Both the position numbers and the translations under genes were made by a program. A stretch of 64,000 nucleotides of DNA from a bacterium (lineage in GTDB: Bacteria; Patescibacteriota; Minisyncoccia; Phycocordibacterales; UBA9973), in the NCBI GenBank assembly GCA_037132055.1, contig JBAXPX010000001.1, forward strand, positions 5,424 to 69,423, read 5' to 3'. A model generated the notes under the pieces. The model saw only the letters and a list, made by a program, of their open reading frames with translations, searched no databases and was not told the origin of the DNA. Below are positions 33,642-44,142 of the stretch, piece by piece; position 1 is the stretch's first letter, and the number at the start of each line of letters is the position of its first letter.

Positions 33642-33777
33642 GGACTAGATTATATATGAAAAATTTTAAAAAGCAAATTTTGTGGCGTTTTTTAGTGAAA
33701 TTGTCCTGGTTTTATAATGTGAGCTATCATGTAGTCCTTCATTTCGGCCTGATTTTTACCTAGAACAACTTTTATGT

Positions 33778-34644
33778 TCATTTAATTCCATTAAAAAGTT
33801 TCAAACGAGATTCAACGATTTGCTCTATGGCAAAAATGGCTGGATTTAAAATCTTTGAAGGAACAATCTCATCAGGATTCTCTTGTATAGATTTTTTAAC
33901 TGCTTCTTTAAATGCAAATCTTATTTCGGAATTTATATGTACAATTGAAATTCCTGAAGCTATAGCATTTGTAAAATCTTCATCACGCAACCCTGAACCA
34001 CCATGCAAGACAAGCGGAATACCGACAGTTTCTTTGATTTTTTTAACTAAGAGAGTATCTATGTGCGGTTTACCTGACTTTATTAATCCGTGAATACTAC
34101 CAACAGATGGAGCAAGCATGTCTATGCCAGTTTCATCAACAAATCTCTTTGCATCTTGTACTGTAGTTAAAACGCCGGCACCTTCTGGAATGTTATCCTT
34201 AATATCTGATCCAGTACCGATATACCCTATTTCAGATTCTACTAAAATATCTCTGCCAGTATTTTTCATAACTTCGTGTGCATATTCTACACATTGTTTA
34301 GTAACTTTTATGTTTTCCTCAAAACTAAATTTCGCTTGATCTATAATAACTGCATCAAAACCTGCATCGATAGCTCCCTTCACAGAATCAAAACTTGTAT
34401 GATGATCAGCATTTAAAAATATTGGGTAATTATCTTTCTCACGTATTGCACGTATTAGAGCTACTGCTTCTTCACGTCCTACGAATTTTTCTTCACCTTC
34501 TGAAAGTCCAATGATGACAGGAAGATTTAATTTCTTTGCTGCATTGTAAATTCCATGCAATGCTTCTAAGTTTGAAATATTAAAATGACCTATTGCAACT
34601 CCTCGCTCACTCGCATCTTTGATATATTCTCTTAGAGTTTTCAT
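33778..34644 (-). CDS. fba: Class II fructose-bisphosphate aldolase
   Basis: NADHH, GSIHG, LVLHGGSG. Confidence 0.92.
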   Translation of the reverse strand: MKTLREYIKDASERGVAIGHFNISNLEALHGIYNAAKKLNLPVIIGLSEGEEKFVGREEAVALIRAIREKDNYPIFLNADHHTSFDSVKGAIDAGFDAVIIDQAKFSFEENIKVTKQCVEYAHEVMKNTGRDILVESEIGYIGTGSDIKDNIPEGAGVLTTVQDAKRFVDETGIDMLAPSVGSIHGLIKSGKPHIDTLLVKKIKETVGIPLVLHGGSGLRDEDFTNAIASGISIVHINSEIRFAFKEAVKKSIQENPDEIVPSKILNPAIFAIEQIVESRLKLFNGIK

Positions 34645-34648
34645 TTTT

Positions 34649-36079
34649 TTATTTTAACATTTCCTTTAATAATTTAATAACTATTTGTGGATTAGCACTA
34701 CCACTGCTCTCTTTTATAACTTTTCCAACAATAGACATTATTGCATTTTCTTTCCCAGCTTTATAAGTAGCCACCACTTCAGGATTTTCTTTAATTGTTT
34801 TTTCTACAATCTCTCTTATCGTTCCTTCATCGTTTTTCTGTAATAAATTTTTTTCTGTGGCGATTTTAAATGGGGATTCATCATTTATCACTATCATTGC
34901 TAAAATATCTTTCGCTCCGCGAGAAGAAATTTTATTCTCAAAAAGTAAGTTTATGAGTTCTGCAAAATTTTCTGGCTTTGGCATTTTTGCATCTTTGTTG
35001 TTTTTCTTTAAACCAAGGAAATCTGACGTAATATAATTTGAAGCAATTTTTACTTTTTCAGTAGTTGATAATATCTTCGAAATATCTTCAAACCATTCTC
35101 CAAGCTCTAGGTCATTTATATAACTTTCTATGTCTTCATCTTTTATACAAAAATCTTTTTTATATCTTTCCCGCTTTGCCAAAGGAAGCTCTGGTAATTC
35201 TTTTTTCATCTTTTCTAAATCAAATGCTTCGTGAAGCTTCATCTTTGGTAAATCTGGATCCGGAAAATATCTATAATCATGACTGGATTCCTTCTTTCTT
35301 TGAGAAAATGTTTTTTGTTTTACTTCATCCCAACCACGAGTTTCTTGAACTATTTCATCACCCTTACCACTTTCCAACAACTCTATCATTCTGTCTACTT
35401 CATATTTAATAGCTTTTTCTACACTCCTAAAAGAATTAAGATTTTTTACTTCAACTTTTGTTCCCAATTTATTTTTATCTTCTGACACAGAAATATTTGC
35501 CTCTACTCGCATTTCTCCTTTTTCCATATTTACATCTGACACCCCTAAATACCAAAGAATCAGTTGAAGTTCTTTTGCAAAATTAGATGATCCTTTTGCT
35601 GCGGTAATATCATCTACAAAGGTATTAGGCTCTGTCACAAGCTCCATTAATGGCACTCCAGCTCGATTAAAGTCAATTAAGGAGAAGTCCCCCTTGTCGT
35701 GTTTATTATTTGCTGTATCTTCTTCTAAATGCACACGAGTTATATCAAAATCTACCAAACGTCCTCCTGAAACTATTGGATATTTATATTGAGAAATCTG
35801 ATATCCTTTCGGAATATCTGGATAAAAATAATTTTTTCGATCAAATTCTGTAAAATCAGCAATACTACCACCAACAGCCAGACCAACTTTTACAACACTT
35901 TCAATCGCTTTTTTGTTTGGTACGGGTAAAGTACCAGGATGTGCCATACAAACTGGACAAATATTTATATTTGGCATATCTACGTCAGGATCATTCCTAC
36001 AAGCACAAAACATTTTGGTTTGCGTTTTCAATTCTGCATGTATTTCAAGTCCAATTGTTGGATAATATTTTTTTGGCAT
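34649..36079 (-). CDS. gatB: Asp/Glu-tRNA amidotransferase subunit B
   Basis: IGLEIHAEL, DRKNYFYPD, YRYFPDPDL. Confidence 0.97.
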   Translation of the reverse strand: MPKKYYPTIGLEIHAELKTQTKMFCACRNDPDVDMPNINICPVCMAHPGTLPVPNKKAIESVVKVGLAVGGSIADFTEFDRKNYFYPDIPKGYQISQYKYPIVSGGRLVDFDITRVHLEEDTANNKHDKGDFSLIDFNRAGVPLMELVTEPNTFVDDITAAKGSSNFAKELQLILWYLGVSDVNMEKGEMRVEANISVSEDKNKLGTKVEVKNLNSFRSVEKAIKYEVDRMIELLESGKGDEIVQETRGWDEVKQKTFSQRKKESSHDYRYFPDPDLPKMKLHEAFDLEKMKKELPELPLAKRERYKKDFCIKDEDIESYINDLELGEWFEDISKILSTTEKVKIASNYITSDFLGLKKNNKDAKMPKPENFAELINLLFENKISSRGAKDILAMIVINDESPFKIATEKNLLQKNDEGTIREIVEKTIKENPEVVATYKAGKENAIMSIVGKVIKESSGSANPQIVIKLLKEMLK

Positions 36080-36127
36080 AAGTTAATTATAACATGGGAT
36101 TTTTCCTTTTTTCCCTCGACTATTGAC

Positions 36128-37126
36128 CTACGAGCGAAGTTTCAAAATTTTAACCAAACTATCTCTGAATTTTTTTGTTGACTTATCGTCATACAAAGAA
36201 ATAGAAAAAACATTTTTGTTAATTTTTTTAAATTTTTCAATTTCTTTGTCAATGAGTTTTTCATTTTCCATTACATCAGTTTTAGTCAAAATAATTATTT
36301 CATCTTTTTTTGAAAGACCATTTTCTCCTAAATTATTTTTCTTATCATACGCCTCAAGTTCTTTTCTAATTTCTTTATAAGCTTTTAATAAATTGCTATT
36401 TTCAAAAGAGATTAAATGCGCAATCATTTTTGTCCTTTTAATATGACGTAAAAATTTTACTCCCAAACCTTTTCCTTCTGATGCTCCTTCTATCACTCCT
36501 GGAATATCTGCAATAATATAACCATAAAAATCTCCTAAATTTGGATCAAGAGTAGTAAAAGCATAATCCCCGACTTTTGCATCGGCATTCGTAAGAACAT
36601 TCAACAACGAAGATTTTCCTGCATTTGGAAGACCTACTAAGCCAATATCCGCAAAAAGTTCAAGCTCAATTATAAAATTACCATTTTCTCCCTCTTGTCC
36701 TGAGCGACATTCTTGTGGAGTTGTATTTGTAGAACTCTTAAAATGTTCATTCCCAAAACCTCCGTATCCACCATGCAATAATAAAACTTTTTGCCCTTCT
36801 TCGAGTAATTGCCATTTTTCTTCAGTTTGAGGGTTTGTGATAATAGAACCTATTGGCAATTCTAAAATAAAATCTTCACCATTTTTACCGTGCAAACTTT
36901 TATTTCCACCATCTTCACCTCGACCTGCAATAAATTCTTTTTTGGCTTTATATTTTGCAAGCACACCCATGTCTCGAACAGCAAGTGCAAAAAAATCTCC
37001 ACCACGACCACCATCTCCACCAGCTGGTCCACCCTTTGGAATAAATTTTTCTTGACGCCAACGAACAACGCCGTCTCCACCGCGACCCGCTTCCGCATAT
37101 ATTTTTATTTCATCAACAAATGCCAT
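36128..37126 (-). CDS. obgE: GTPase ObgE
   Basis: GGPAGGDGGRGG, GLPNAGKSS, DIPG, TKTD. Confidence 0.97.
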   Translation of the reverse strand: MAFVDEIKIYAEAGRGGDGVVRWRQEKFIPKGGPAGGDGGRGGDFFALAVRDMGVLAKYKAKKEFIAGRGEDGGNKSLHGKNGEDFILELPIGSIITNPQTEEKWQLLEEGQKVLLLHGGYGGFGNEHFKSSTNTTPQECRSGQEGENGNFIIELELFADIGLVGLPNAGKSSLLNVLTNADAKVGDYAFTTLDPNLGDFYGYIIADIPGVIEGASEGKGLGVKFLRHIKRTKMIAHLISFENSNLLKAYKEIRKELEAYDKKNNLGENGLSKKDEIIILTKTDVMENEKLIDKEIEKFKKINKNVFSISLYDDKSTKKFRDSLVKILKLRS

Positions 37127-37205
37127 AATTATTATATATTAGCACGAATTTAAAAATTCTCTTAAAAACTTTATCCTCGGTTTTTTTATCTTAAAATAGG
37201 AAAAT

Positions 37206-37273
37206 AAAAATTTTAAGAGTCGTGGATCCCCTTGTCCTTATGACTCCAAGGGCGAAGGCTCAGAAATTTTTGA
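37206..37273. repeat. 68-bp dispersed structured repeat, copy 2 (overlaps MYG1 3' end)
   Basis: Matches 27427..27494 with 2 mismatches. Confidence 0.9.
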
Positions 37274-38182
37274 TTTTCCTATTTTTAATGCTAACTTAGC
37301 TAGTTTTATCGCTCCTTCTTTTGATTTTGCCACAGTAAGAAAAAGACCTTTATGACAAAAAACAGCATCTTTCACTCCTGTAACTTTTTGTAATTCTTCA
37401 TCTCTAAGCCCTGCCCATTTTTTGGGAAAATCTTTCTTATTCTTGAAAGTTTTAGTATTTTCTCTTATTGCCCTTATTCCCCACAAATTATCACTCCCTC
37501 TTGGATAAATCACAAAGAAAGATTCTTTAAATTTATTCAAAATATCTTCATCGTGAAAATGTTCATTTAAAACTAAAATCCTTTTATCCTTTGTTTTTTT
37601 ATAAATTAAATTTACTTTTTTTTCAGAAATAACTGCGTCTTCAATATGAATTATTTCCCTTGATAATATTTCTTTTGCTATCCTTACGGACTCTAAAAAC
37701 ATTTCTTCATTATTTGCTTTTTTTTCTCGTAGGGCTGGACGCATGGCAAAGAAAAAATGTTCAATAAAATAAGGCGAAATTTTATGTTTATTTTCCACTA
37801 AATCAAAACCATTATCAAAAGCGTCAATGGGAGCTACAAGATGATCGTCGATTATTTCCATAACTTCTTTCGTATTGCAAAGTTCTTTCCCAAATTTTTT
37901 CCAAACTAAACCAAAAGAAGAATATTCTATACCGTTTTCTCTTATACCTCCTCCGCCTTTTTGATGATGGTCAAAACGGTTTTTCTTCGGATCATAGATG
38001 CCTCCGACGTCAAAAACATAATCACCCCTTTTTACAAGCTCTTCATCACGAGTGCGAATTACCTTAAACTTATTCCCTTTTTTCTCAAGCATTAGAGATA
38101 AAGTCGCACAAGCAAAAATATCATCTGCGTGAAATGACCCATTGTGAGTTACTAAAAGTTTTTTATTTTTATTTTGTTTCAT
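37238..38182 (-). CDS. MYG1 family exonuclease/hydrolase
   Basis: THNGSFHADD, RTRD, DVGG, FDHHQ, FCHKGLF. Confidence 0.92.
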   Translation of the reverse strand: MKQNKNKKLLVTHNGSFHADDIFACATLSLMLEKKGNKFKVIRTRDEELVKRGDYVFDVGGIYDPKKNRFDHHQKGGGGIRENGIEYSSFGLVWKKFGKELCNTKEVMEIIDDHLVAPIDAFDNGFDLVENKHKISPYFIEHFFFAMRPALREKKANNEEMFLESVRIAKEILSREIIHIEDAVISEKKVNLIYKKTKDKRILVLNEHFHDEDILNKFKESFFVIYPRGSDNLWGIRAIRENTKTFKNKKDFPKKWAGLRDEELQKVTGVKDAVFCHKGLFLTVAKSKEGAIKLAKLALKIGKSKISEPSPLES

Positions 38183-38774
38183 CGTAAAATTCTTCAAAAA
38201 TTTCATAAATCCATCCGATTAATTTATCAAAAAGGAAAAATAAAATCATTAAAATTAATATGACAAGCGAAAACCTCCAAATCTCTTTACTAACATGTAA
38301 TGCTGTAAAACTAAAGAAATATCCAAGCGATAACAATAGCGGAGCCCAAATCAAAGTAGCACTAATTTCAGCTTTTAAATATTTTTTATAATTTACATTT
38401 TCATAGCCTGAAAATATTATTACCATAGAATTAACACCAAATATAAATTTGGAAATAAAAATTGACCAAAAAGGTTTTTGATTAAAATGTGGCATTATGT
38501 TCAATACTCTTTTTTCTATATACTTGAGAGCCCTAGTCTCATGCCATTTGTCGTGAATTATTTTGCCAATATGATAACCTAAAAGGGTTTTACTAAAACC
38601 TCCTATCAAAATAAAACACAATGCAAACCAAACATTTAAAGCACCAAGATGTGAAAGAATGCCAGTAGATATCAATACGACTTCTCCTTCAAAAATTAAT
38701 CCAAAAAATATAATAACATACACCAAAACTTGATGATGAATAACCAAAGTAGTTAAAAGTTTTACGGTATGCAT
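38169..38774 (-). CDS. DedA family membrane protein
   Basis: FEGEVVL, GYHIG, SKFIFG, IWAPLLLSLGY. Confidence 0.85.
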   Translation of the reverse strand: MHTVKLLTTLVIHHQVLVYVIIFFGLIFEGEVVLISTGILSHLGALNVWFALCFILIGGFSKTLLGYHIGKIIHDKWHETRALKYIEKRVLNIMPHFNQKPFWSIFISKFIFGVNSMVIIFSGYENVNYKKYLKAEISATLIWAPLLLSLGYFFSFTALHVSKEIWRFSLVILILMILFFLFDKLIGWIYEIFEEFYDETK

Positions 38775-38777
38775 ATA

Positions 38778-39227
38778 TTAAAATAAGACATCTACGGCCT
38801 CTTTTACAGTATTACCATCTGCTTTACCTTTTAAATCTTTCATCAAAGCTGACATTAATTTGCCTTTTTCTTTTGGATCATTTATTCCAAGCTCCTCTTT
38901 TTTTGCTTTCGCTATTTTCCCAACTTCTTCAAGATCCATCATCTTCGGTAAATATTTTTCTAAAATTATAAGTTGTGCTTCTTCTTCTTTTACTAAATCC
39001 ATCCTATTCCCTTTTTTGAATTGTTCTATGGAGTCTTTCCTTTGTTTGGCAAGACGAGTTATCACAGAAATTGCTTCTTCATCGGAAAGCATTTCGTTCG
39101 GCTTTTTGCCTTTTGCTACTAATTCGTTGGTAAAAGCAGAAACCATTCCGCGATAAGTATCAAGTGCTGTTTGGTCTTTAGCCATCATTGCTTCTTTTAT
39201 TTTTCCTTTTATTTGTTCGTGTAACAT
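38778..39227 (-). CDS. GatB/YqeY domain protein
   Basis: KQRKDSIEQF..GNRMDL..E..YLP, GKADG. Confidence 0.93.
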   Translation of the reverse strand: MLHEQIKGKIKEAMMAKDQTALDTYRGMVSAFTNELVAKGKKPNEMLSDEEAISVITRLAKQRKDSIEQFKKGNRMDLVKEEEAQLIILEKYLPKMMDLEEVGKIAKAKKEELGINDPKEKGKLMSALMKDLKGKADGNTVKEAVDVLF

Positions 39228-39262
39228 AGATTTATTATAACAAATTATGTTAAAATAGCACT

Positions 39263-39982
39263 ATGCAAAAGATTATATTTTTTGATACTGAAACGACTGG
39301 TAATACAGAAAAAGATTTTTTATGCCAACTAGCATACAAAGTAGACACAGAATCATTTTGTGGACTTTATAAACCACCAATCAAAATTCCAGCTGAAGCC
39401 TCTGCCATACACCACATAACAAACAAAATGGTTGAAAGTAAATCCTCTTTTTCAGAAAGTTCTGATTATAAAAAAATAAAAAATACTTTTGAAGAAAAAG
39501 ACGCTGTTGTAGTTGCTCATAATGCTCTGTTTGATCTAATGATCATTAAAAAAGAAAACATAATTCCAAAGAATTTCATTTGTACATTGAGACTTGCGCG
39601 CCATCTTGATCCAGAGGCAAAAATCGGGAAATATAATTTGCAATATTTACGTTATTTACTTGACCTTGAAGTGGAAGCCACTGCTCACGATGCCCTTGGA
39701 GATGTGCTTGTTTTAGAAAAATTATATGAGCGATTAAAGAAAAAATTAATCGACACCGAAAATCTAACAGAAAAAGATGCGGTAAAAAGAATGATAGAGA
39801 TATCATCACATCCGTCAATTTTTAAATATATTAATTTTGGGAAACATAACGGAAAAGAATTAAAAGAAATTGCTCAAATTGATTCTAGATATTTAGAATG
39901 GCTTCTTGCTCAAAAACTTGAAAGTGATCAAATAGATGAAGACTGGATATATACTTTAAAACATTACTTAGGTAAATTATAA
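39263..39982 (+). CDS. DEDDh 3'-5' exonuclease (ExoX-like)
   Basis: DTETTG, AHNALFD, AHDALGD; C-terminal FGKHNG..YLEWL. Confidence 0.9.
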   Translation: MQKIIFFDTETTGNTEKDFLCQLAYKVDTESFCGLYKPPIKIPAEASAIHHITNKMVESKSSFSESSDYKKIKNTFEEKDAVVVAHNALFDLMIIKKENIIPKNFICTLRLARHLDPEAKIGKYNLQYLRYLLDLEVEATAHDALGDVLVLEKLYERLKKKLIDTENLTEKDAVKRMIEISSHPSIFKYINFGKHNGKELKEIAQIDSRYLEWLLAQKLESDQIDEDWIYTLKHYLGKL

Positions 39983-39986
39983 AAAA

Positions 39987-41039
39987 ATGGAAAATATTTT
40001 ATGGATTATAATAGGAATTTTAGTTGGAGGAATCCTCGTTTATTTTGTATTTGGAAAAAAGAAAGAGGAAAAAGAAGAAAAAAATGATACTGGTTTACAA
40101 CTAATACTTGCCCAACTAAATGAACTCTCAAGAACCGTAGATAATAAAATCGGCGAATCACACAAACAAATGAACGATAGTTTGCAATTCCATTCGACAG
40201 AATCAAATAAAATAATCCGCGATGTAACAGAAAAACTAACCCGCCTTGACGAAACAAACAAGCAAGTTATCTCTTTTGCCGATCAATTGCAAAGCTTGCA
40301 AGATATTTTAAAAAATCCAAAACAACGTGGAATATTGGGTGAATACTATTTAGAGACAGTATTAAAAAATGTCCTACCTCCAGGGAGCTATCAGATGCAA
40401 TATGCTTTTCCAGATGGCAATATCGTCGATGCTGTGGTTTTTGTAAAAGACAAAATAATACCAATAGATTCAAAATTCTCACTAGAAAATTATAATAGAA
40501 TGATCGAAGAAAGAAATCCTGCCGAAAAGAAGAAATTAGAAACTATTTTTATCAATGATTTAAAAAATAGAATCACTGAAACTGCAAAATATATCCAACC
40601 AGCACAAAATACAACTGATTTTGCTTTTATGTTCATTCCTCACGAAGCAATATATTATGATCTTTTAATAAACAAAGTTGGTTCCCAGGATGAAAGCGCT
40701 GAAAATTTAATTCAACGAGCATCAGGGAAATACAAAGTCATTATCGTTTCCCCTACTTCTTTCCTTGCATATTTGCAAACAGTTCTTCAAGGATTGAAAG
40801 CAATGCAAATAGAAGAATCTGCTAAAGAAATAATAAAAAAAGTTGGTGACCTTGGAAAACATTTAAAATCTTACGACGAATATCATATGAAACTTGGCAG
40901 CGCCCTTGGCACAGTGGTAAACCATTACAACACCTCAAATAAAGAATTAAAAAAAATCGACAAAGACATTCTGCGTATTTCTGGATCTTCACCAGAACTC
41001 TCCCCCGTTGAAATAGACAAACCAAAAATTGAAGATTAA
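39987..41039 (+). CDS. rmuC: DNA recombination protein RmuC
   Basis: RGILGEYYLE, PIDSKF, DFAFMFIP, VSPTS. Confidence 0.92.
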   Translation: MENILWIIIGILVGGILVYFVFGKKKEEKEEKNDTGLQLILAQLNELSRTVDNKIGESHKQMNDSLQFHSTESNKIIRDVTEKLTRLDETNKQVISFADQLQSLQDILKNPKQRGILGEYYLETVLKNVLPPGSYQMQYAFPDGNIVDAVVFVKDKIIPIDSKFSLENYNRMIEERNPAEKKKLETIFINDLKNRITETAKYIQPAQNTTDFAFMFIPHEAIYYDLLINKVGSQDESAENLIQRASGKYKVIIVSPTSFLAYLQTVLQGLKAMQIEESAKEIIKKVGDLGKHLKSYDEYHMKLGSALGTVVNHYNTSNKELKKIDKDILRISGSSPELSPVEIDKPKIED

Positions 41040-41123
41040 TTTATTTTGACAAAAACTATTAAATTTCATATAATAAAAATGACAAAAGTTGTTCACTTCT
41101 AACCTTTAAAAAAAGAAGACACT

Positions 41124-41309
41124 ATGAGAGAAGGTCTTTGTTCAAAAGGAACGCTGAGAGGGACTTACCCTAAAATGCAACTGAACGTAATGTCTGAAAG
41201 AAGTTTTGCAGACATTGGGAAAGAATTAAAAAAAGAAAGGTACGGTTTTTGCGACGTTTTCGTAGAAAGAAAGTTGCCTATAAGAAAACGAAACCGAAAA
41301 AGATTTTAA
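41124..41309 (+). CDS. Small basic hypothetical protein
   Basis: ORF with TTGACA..CATAAT promoter and a strong terminator. Confidence 0.5.
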   Translation: MREGLCSKGTLRGTYPKMQLNVMSERSFADIGKELKKERYGFCDVFVERKLPIRKRNRKRF

Positions 41310-41311
41310 GA

Positions 41312-41340
41312 AGGGCGCATTGCTTTTTGCAATGCGCCCT
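41312..41340. terminator. Intrinsic terminator-like hairpin
   Basis: AGGGCGCATTGC-ttttt-GCAATGCGCCCT. Confidence 0.7.
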
Positions 41341-41430
41341 AATTCTTTAATTCTTTTTTTTGACAAAATCAATAAAAAGTGTATTATATAAGTAATCCAT
41401 TTTGTTATTCACAACCAAAAACTAAAAAGA

Positions 41431-41988
41431 ATGAAGAAGCAAAAAAAATCACTACAAAGCTCTGGTTTTCAGAGCTACCCCGAAAATTTTCTAACTCAAA
41501 ACGGACGCAAGTTCGTACACAAGTTGCTCAAATGTCTCTCTGATGAGCAGAGACAAATACGAACAAACAACAGAGAAGGCCACTCTGCAAAAGAGGCAAC
41601 CGATACTGAAAACTCCCACCGGAGTCAAGCCATCCTCATTGAGAGAAAAATCCTGGACTGTCAGGAAAAACTCAAACTTCCTGTGGTAGAAGTAAAAAGA
41701 CAGGCAAAGGTTTGCTTGCCGGGCAACGGAGTTAAATTAAAAATTAACGGTAAATCTATGTATGTAGTGATAGATGGAATATGCGTGTGCAAGCACATAC
41801 TGCCAGAAAATCACGCGATAATAGGGGCAAATTCACCCCTTGGAAAAGCCCTTCTCCACAAAAAAGTTGGAGAGATTGGTAAATACCAAAATGGAGACAA
41901 TCTACAAAACCACTTCATTGTGGAAAAAATCGACACCCCAGCGGAAGCAAAATGGGTATTCAAATGCCCAAGCGCTACAATAATTTAG
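41431..41988 (+). CDS. GreA/GreB-like protein (divergent)
   Basis: C-terminal IIGANSPLGKALLHKKVGE resembles the Gre C-terminal domain. Confidence 0.7.
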   Translation: MKKQKKSLQSSGFQSYPENFLTQNGRKFVHKLLKCLSDEQRQIRTNNREGHSAKEATDTENSHRSQAILIERKILDCQEKLKLPVVEVKRQAKVCLPGNGVKLKINGKSMYVVIDGICVCKHILPENHAIIGANSPLGKALLHKKVGEIGKYQNGDNLQNHFIVEKIDTPAEAKWVFKCPSATII

Positions 41989-42134
41989 CTTTTTCGTTTT
42001 TATATTGTCGAAGCGTGTCCCACATATTTTGGTACACGCTTCTTTTTTTGATTTTAAGTAAAAAAATGATATATTTTCCTCAGGGCTAAACCGCATAAGC
42101 GGTCGCCCGAACAAATTTATCAAATTTGTTTTAG

Positions 42135-42206
42135 GGCCCTATCGTCTAACGGCTAGGACGGATCCTTCTCAAGGATTAAATTCGGGTTCGATTCCCGGTA
42201 GGGTCA
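42135..42206 (+). tRNA. tRNA-Glu(CTC)
   Basis: GGCCCTA/TAGGGTC acceptor, GATCC-TTCTCAA-GGATT anticodon arm, GTTCGATT T-loop. Confidence 0.92.
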
Positions 42207-42371
42207 CAAACTAAATTCTATTTTGTTTTGTCTTTTTTGTTAAACCAAGTTTTTTTATTATTATTCTCAGGATGGTTTAAAATTTTTTTACTACATCAAA
42301 AAATTAAACACATAAAAAGTTCCATCCTCATAGATCTTTTTATTTACTTGAAATTTTGATATAATAAAAAA

Positions 42372-43004
42372 GTGAAAAAAAAATCCCAAAAAGGTTTTAC
42401 ACTTATTGAACTTTTGGTTGTAATTGCAATAATTGCTGTACTTTCTTCTATTGTCCTTGTTTCTTTAAATGCAGCTCGCATAAAAGGACAAACTGCAGCA
42501 ATAAAATCAAATCTTAAGAATGCAATTCCGAAAGCAGAATTAACATATCAGAACTCGAGTCCCCAAAGTTATGCTACTGCATGCGCCACATTAATTCCAA
42601 TAATTAACGCAATCAATAATTCTGGTGGTGTTGCTAAATGCGTGAGTAATAATACATCATGGGCAATTTCTGCAAAATTATCTTCTGACACCTCTTTAAA
42701 TTATTCTGCTAGTCCAGATGGAGTAGGAACTTGGGATGTTGCTGACGCATCGGTTTCTTCAATGAACTGGAGCACTGCGAATCTTACTTGTTCCGGTTTG
42801 GGTGGCCGTGTACCTTCAATAGAAGAAATTAATTCTCTTTATTTAGCACAAGGTAGCACTCATCCCGGTTTTCAAAATTGGCTATATATGAGTAACACCG
42901 GATATCCCGGATGGCCAGATAGTGTTTATTGCTTTGATATGAGAAATGGAACTCTCGGTCGTATTTATAAGACTAGTTCAGTATATGTCCGTTGCATTAA
43001 ATAA
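42372..43004 (+). CDS. Type IV pilin-like protein with C-terminal CLec/DUF1566-like domain
   Basis: KGFTLIELLVVIAII prepilin motif; MNWSTANLTC..GGRVPSIEEI...YVRCIK. Confidence 0.85.
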   Translation: MKKKSQKGFTLIELLVVIAIIAVLSSIVLVSLNAARIKGQTAAIKSNLKNAIPKAELTYQNSSPQSYATACATLIPIINAINNSGGVAKCVSNNTSWAISAKLSSDTSLNYSASPDGVGTWDVADASVSSMNWSTANLTCSGLGGRVPSIEEINSLYLAQGSTHPGFQNWLYMSNTGYPGWPDSVYCFDMRNGTLGRIYKTSSVYVRCIK

Positions 43005-43349
43005 TTTAAATTAATCTAATTATTTTGAAACCTTACTTAGAAAATAAGGTTTTTAATTTGTTAAATCGTCTCATTTGACATAAAATCTAGTTGCCTGCCT
43101 GCGCAGGCATGCAACTGGCGACTACTTGGGTCACCGCGAAGAAAACCCAACTGCTTGGGGTTTTTTGTTACACGGTGAAGACGGAAGCATATTTTTTCAA
43201 CAGAAAAAATAGCTGAGTCCGGGGCTGGAAAATTTGCGAGTGACGACGAGCAAATTATTGTGGCTCACATAAATTCTGAATGCGAAGCATGTAAAATAAA
43301 AACAGCACACTTTTTTGCAAAGTGCGCTGTAATTGTAAAGGACAGATTG

Positions 43350-43928
43350 TTATCCACCCTTCTTTTTTTGAAGATAATTTTCATTATACGTTTTCAGTGG
43401 CTCAACTTGACTAAAGTGAGGCATACGGTCAGCTAATTCGGGCATAATTTTAAGGGCTAAGTTTCTTTTTTGTGCCCATTCTGTTTTGAATATCGGTACC
43501 ATAGAATCCCATGAATAATACACAGGAAATAAAGTACCATTATCGCTAGGATAAATGTACTTTTCAACTTTTTCACCACGATTCTCTTTTTCTTGATTAA
43601 CGCACGCATTAGCGGTTTTATAAGCTGATAGATTCACAATACGGACAATTTCATCCTGCGTTTCAATTTCATTAATCTTAAATAGCTCGACACCTAATAT
43701 ATTAGAAACCTCGCATGAGAGATTCTTAAGGTTCTGCTCTTTTTTTTGCTGTTCATAAAGAGCTTGTTCTTTTTTGTACAATTCTTCCCTTTTCTTTATT
43801 CTTTCTGGAAAGAAATAGTCTAAGATTTTGTCCCTATTATACACAATAACACCAAAAATGATCATTACTGCAACAGAACCAAAAAATACAGAACAAATGA
43901 CTACTACTAATTTTTCTAAATTTTCCAT
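43350..43928 (-). CDS. Membrane-anchored hypothetical protein
   Basis: N-terminal TM helix, AAGGAG Shine-Dalgarno. Confidence 0.7.
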   Translation of the reverse strand: MENLEKLVVVICSVFFGSVAVMIIFGVIVYNRDKILDYFFPERIKKREELYKKEQALYEQQKKEQNLKNLSCEVSNILGVELFKINEIETQDEIVRIVNLSAYKTANACVNQEKENRGEKVEKYIYPSDNGTLFPVYYSWDSMVPIFKTEWAQKRNLALKIMPELADRMPHFSQVEPLKTYNENYLQKKKGG

Positions 43929-44142
43929 AATATTTCTCCTTCTCGACGTTCATCGTCGAATATCTGGGCCAACGTTAGCACAGACCTGAAAACGTTCATC
44001 GTCGTCAGGCACAAAGAATTTAATCCTTGTGTCTGACGGCGATACAAAAATTATCAAAGAACTTAATATATATGAATTATATAATATTAATTTAATATGT
44101 CAATATCATCGACCACTTGATTCACAAAGAAAAAAGGCAGGA

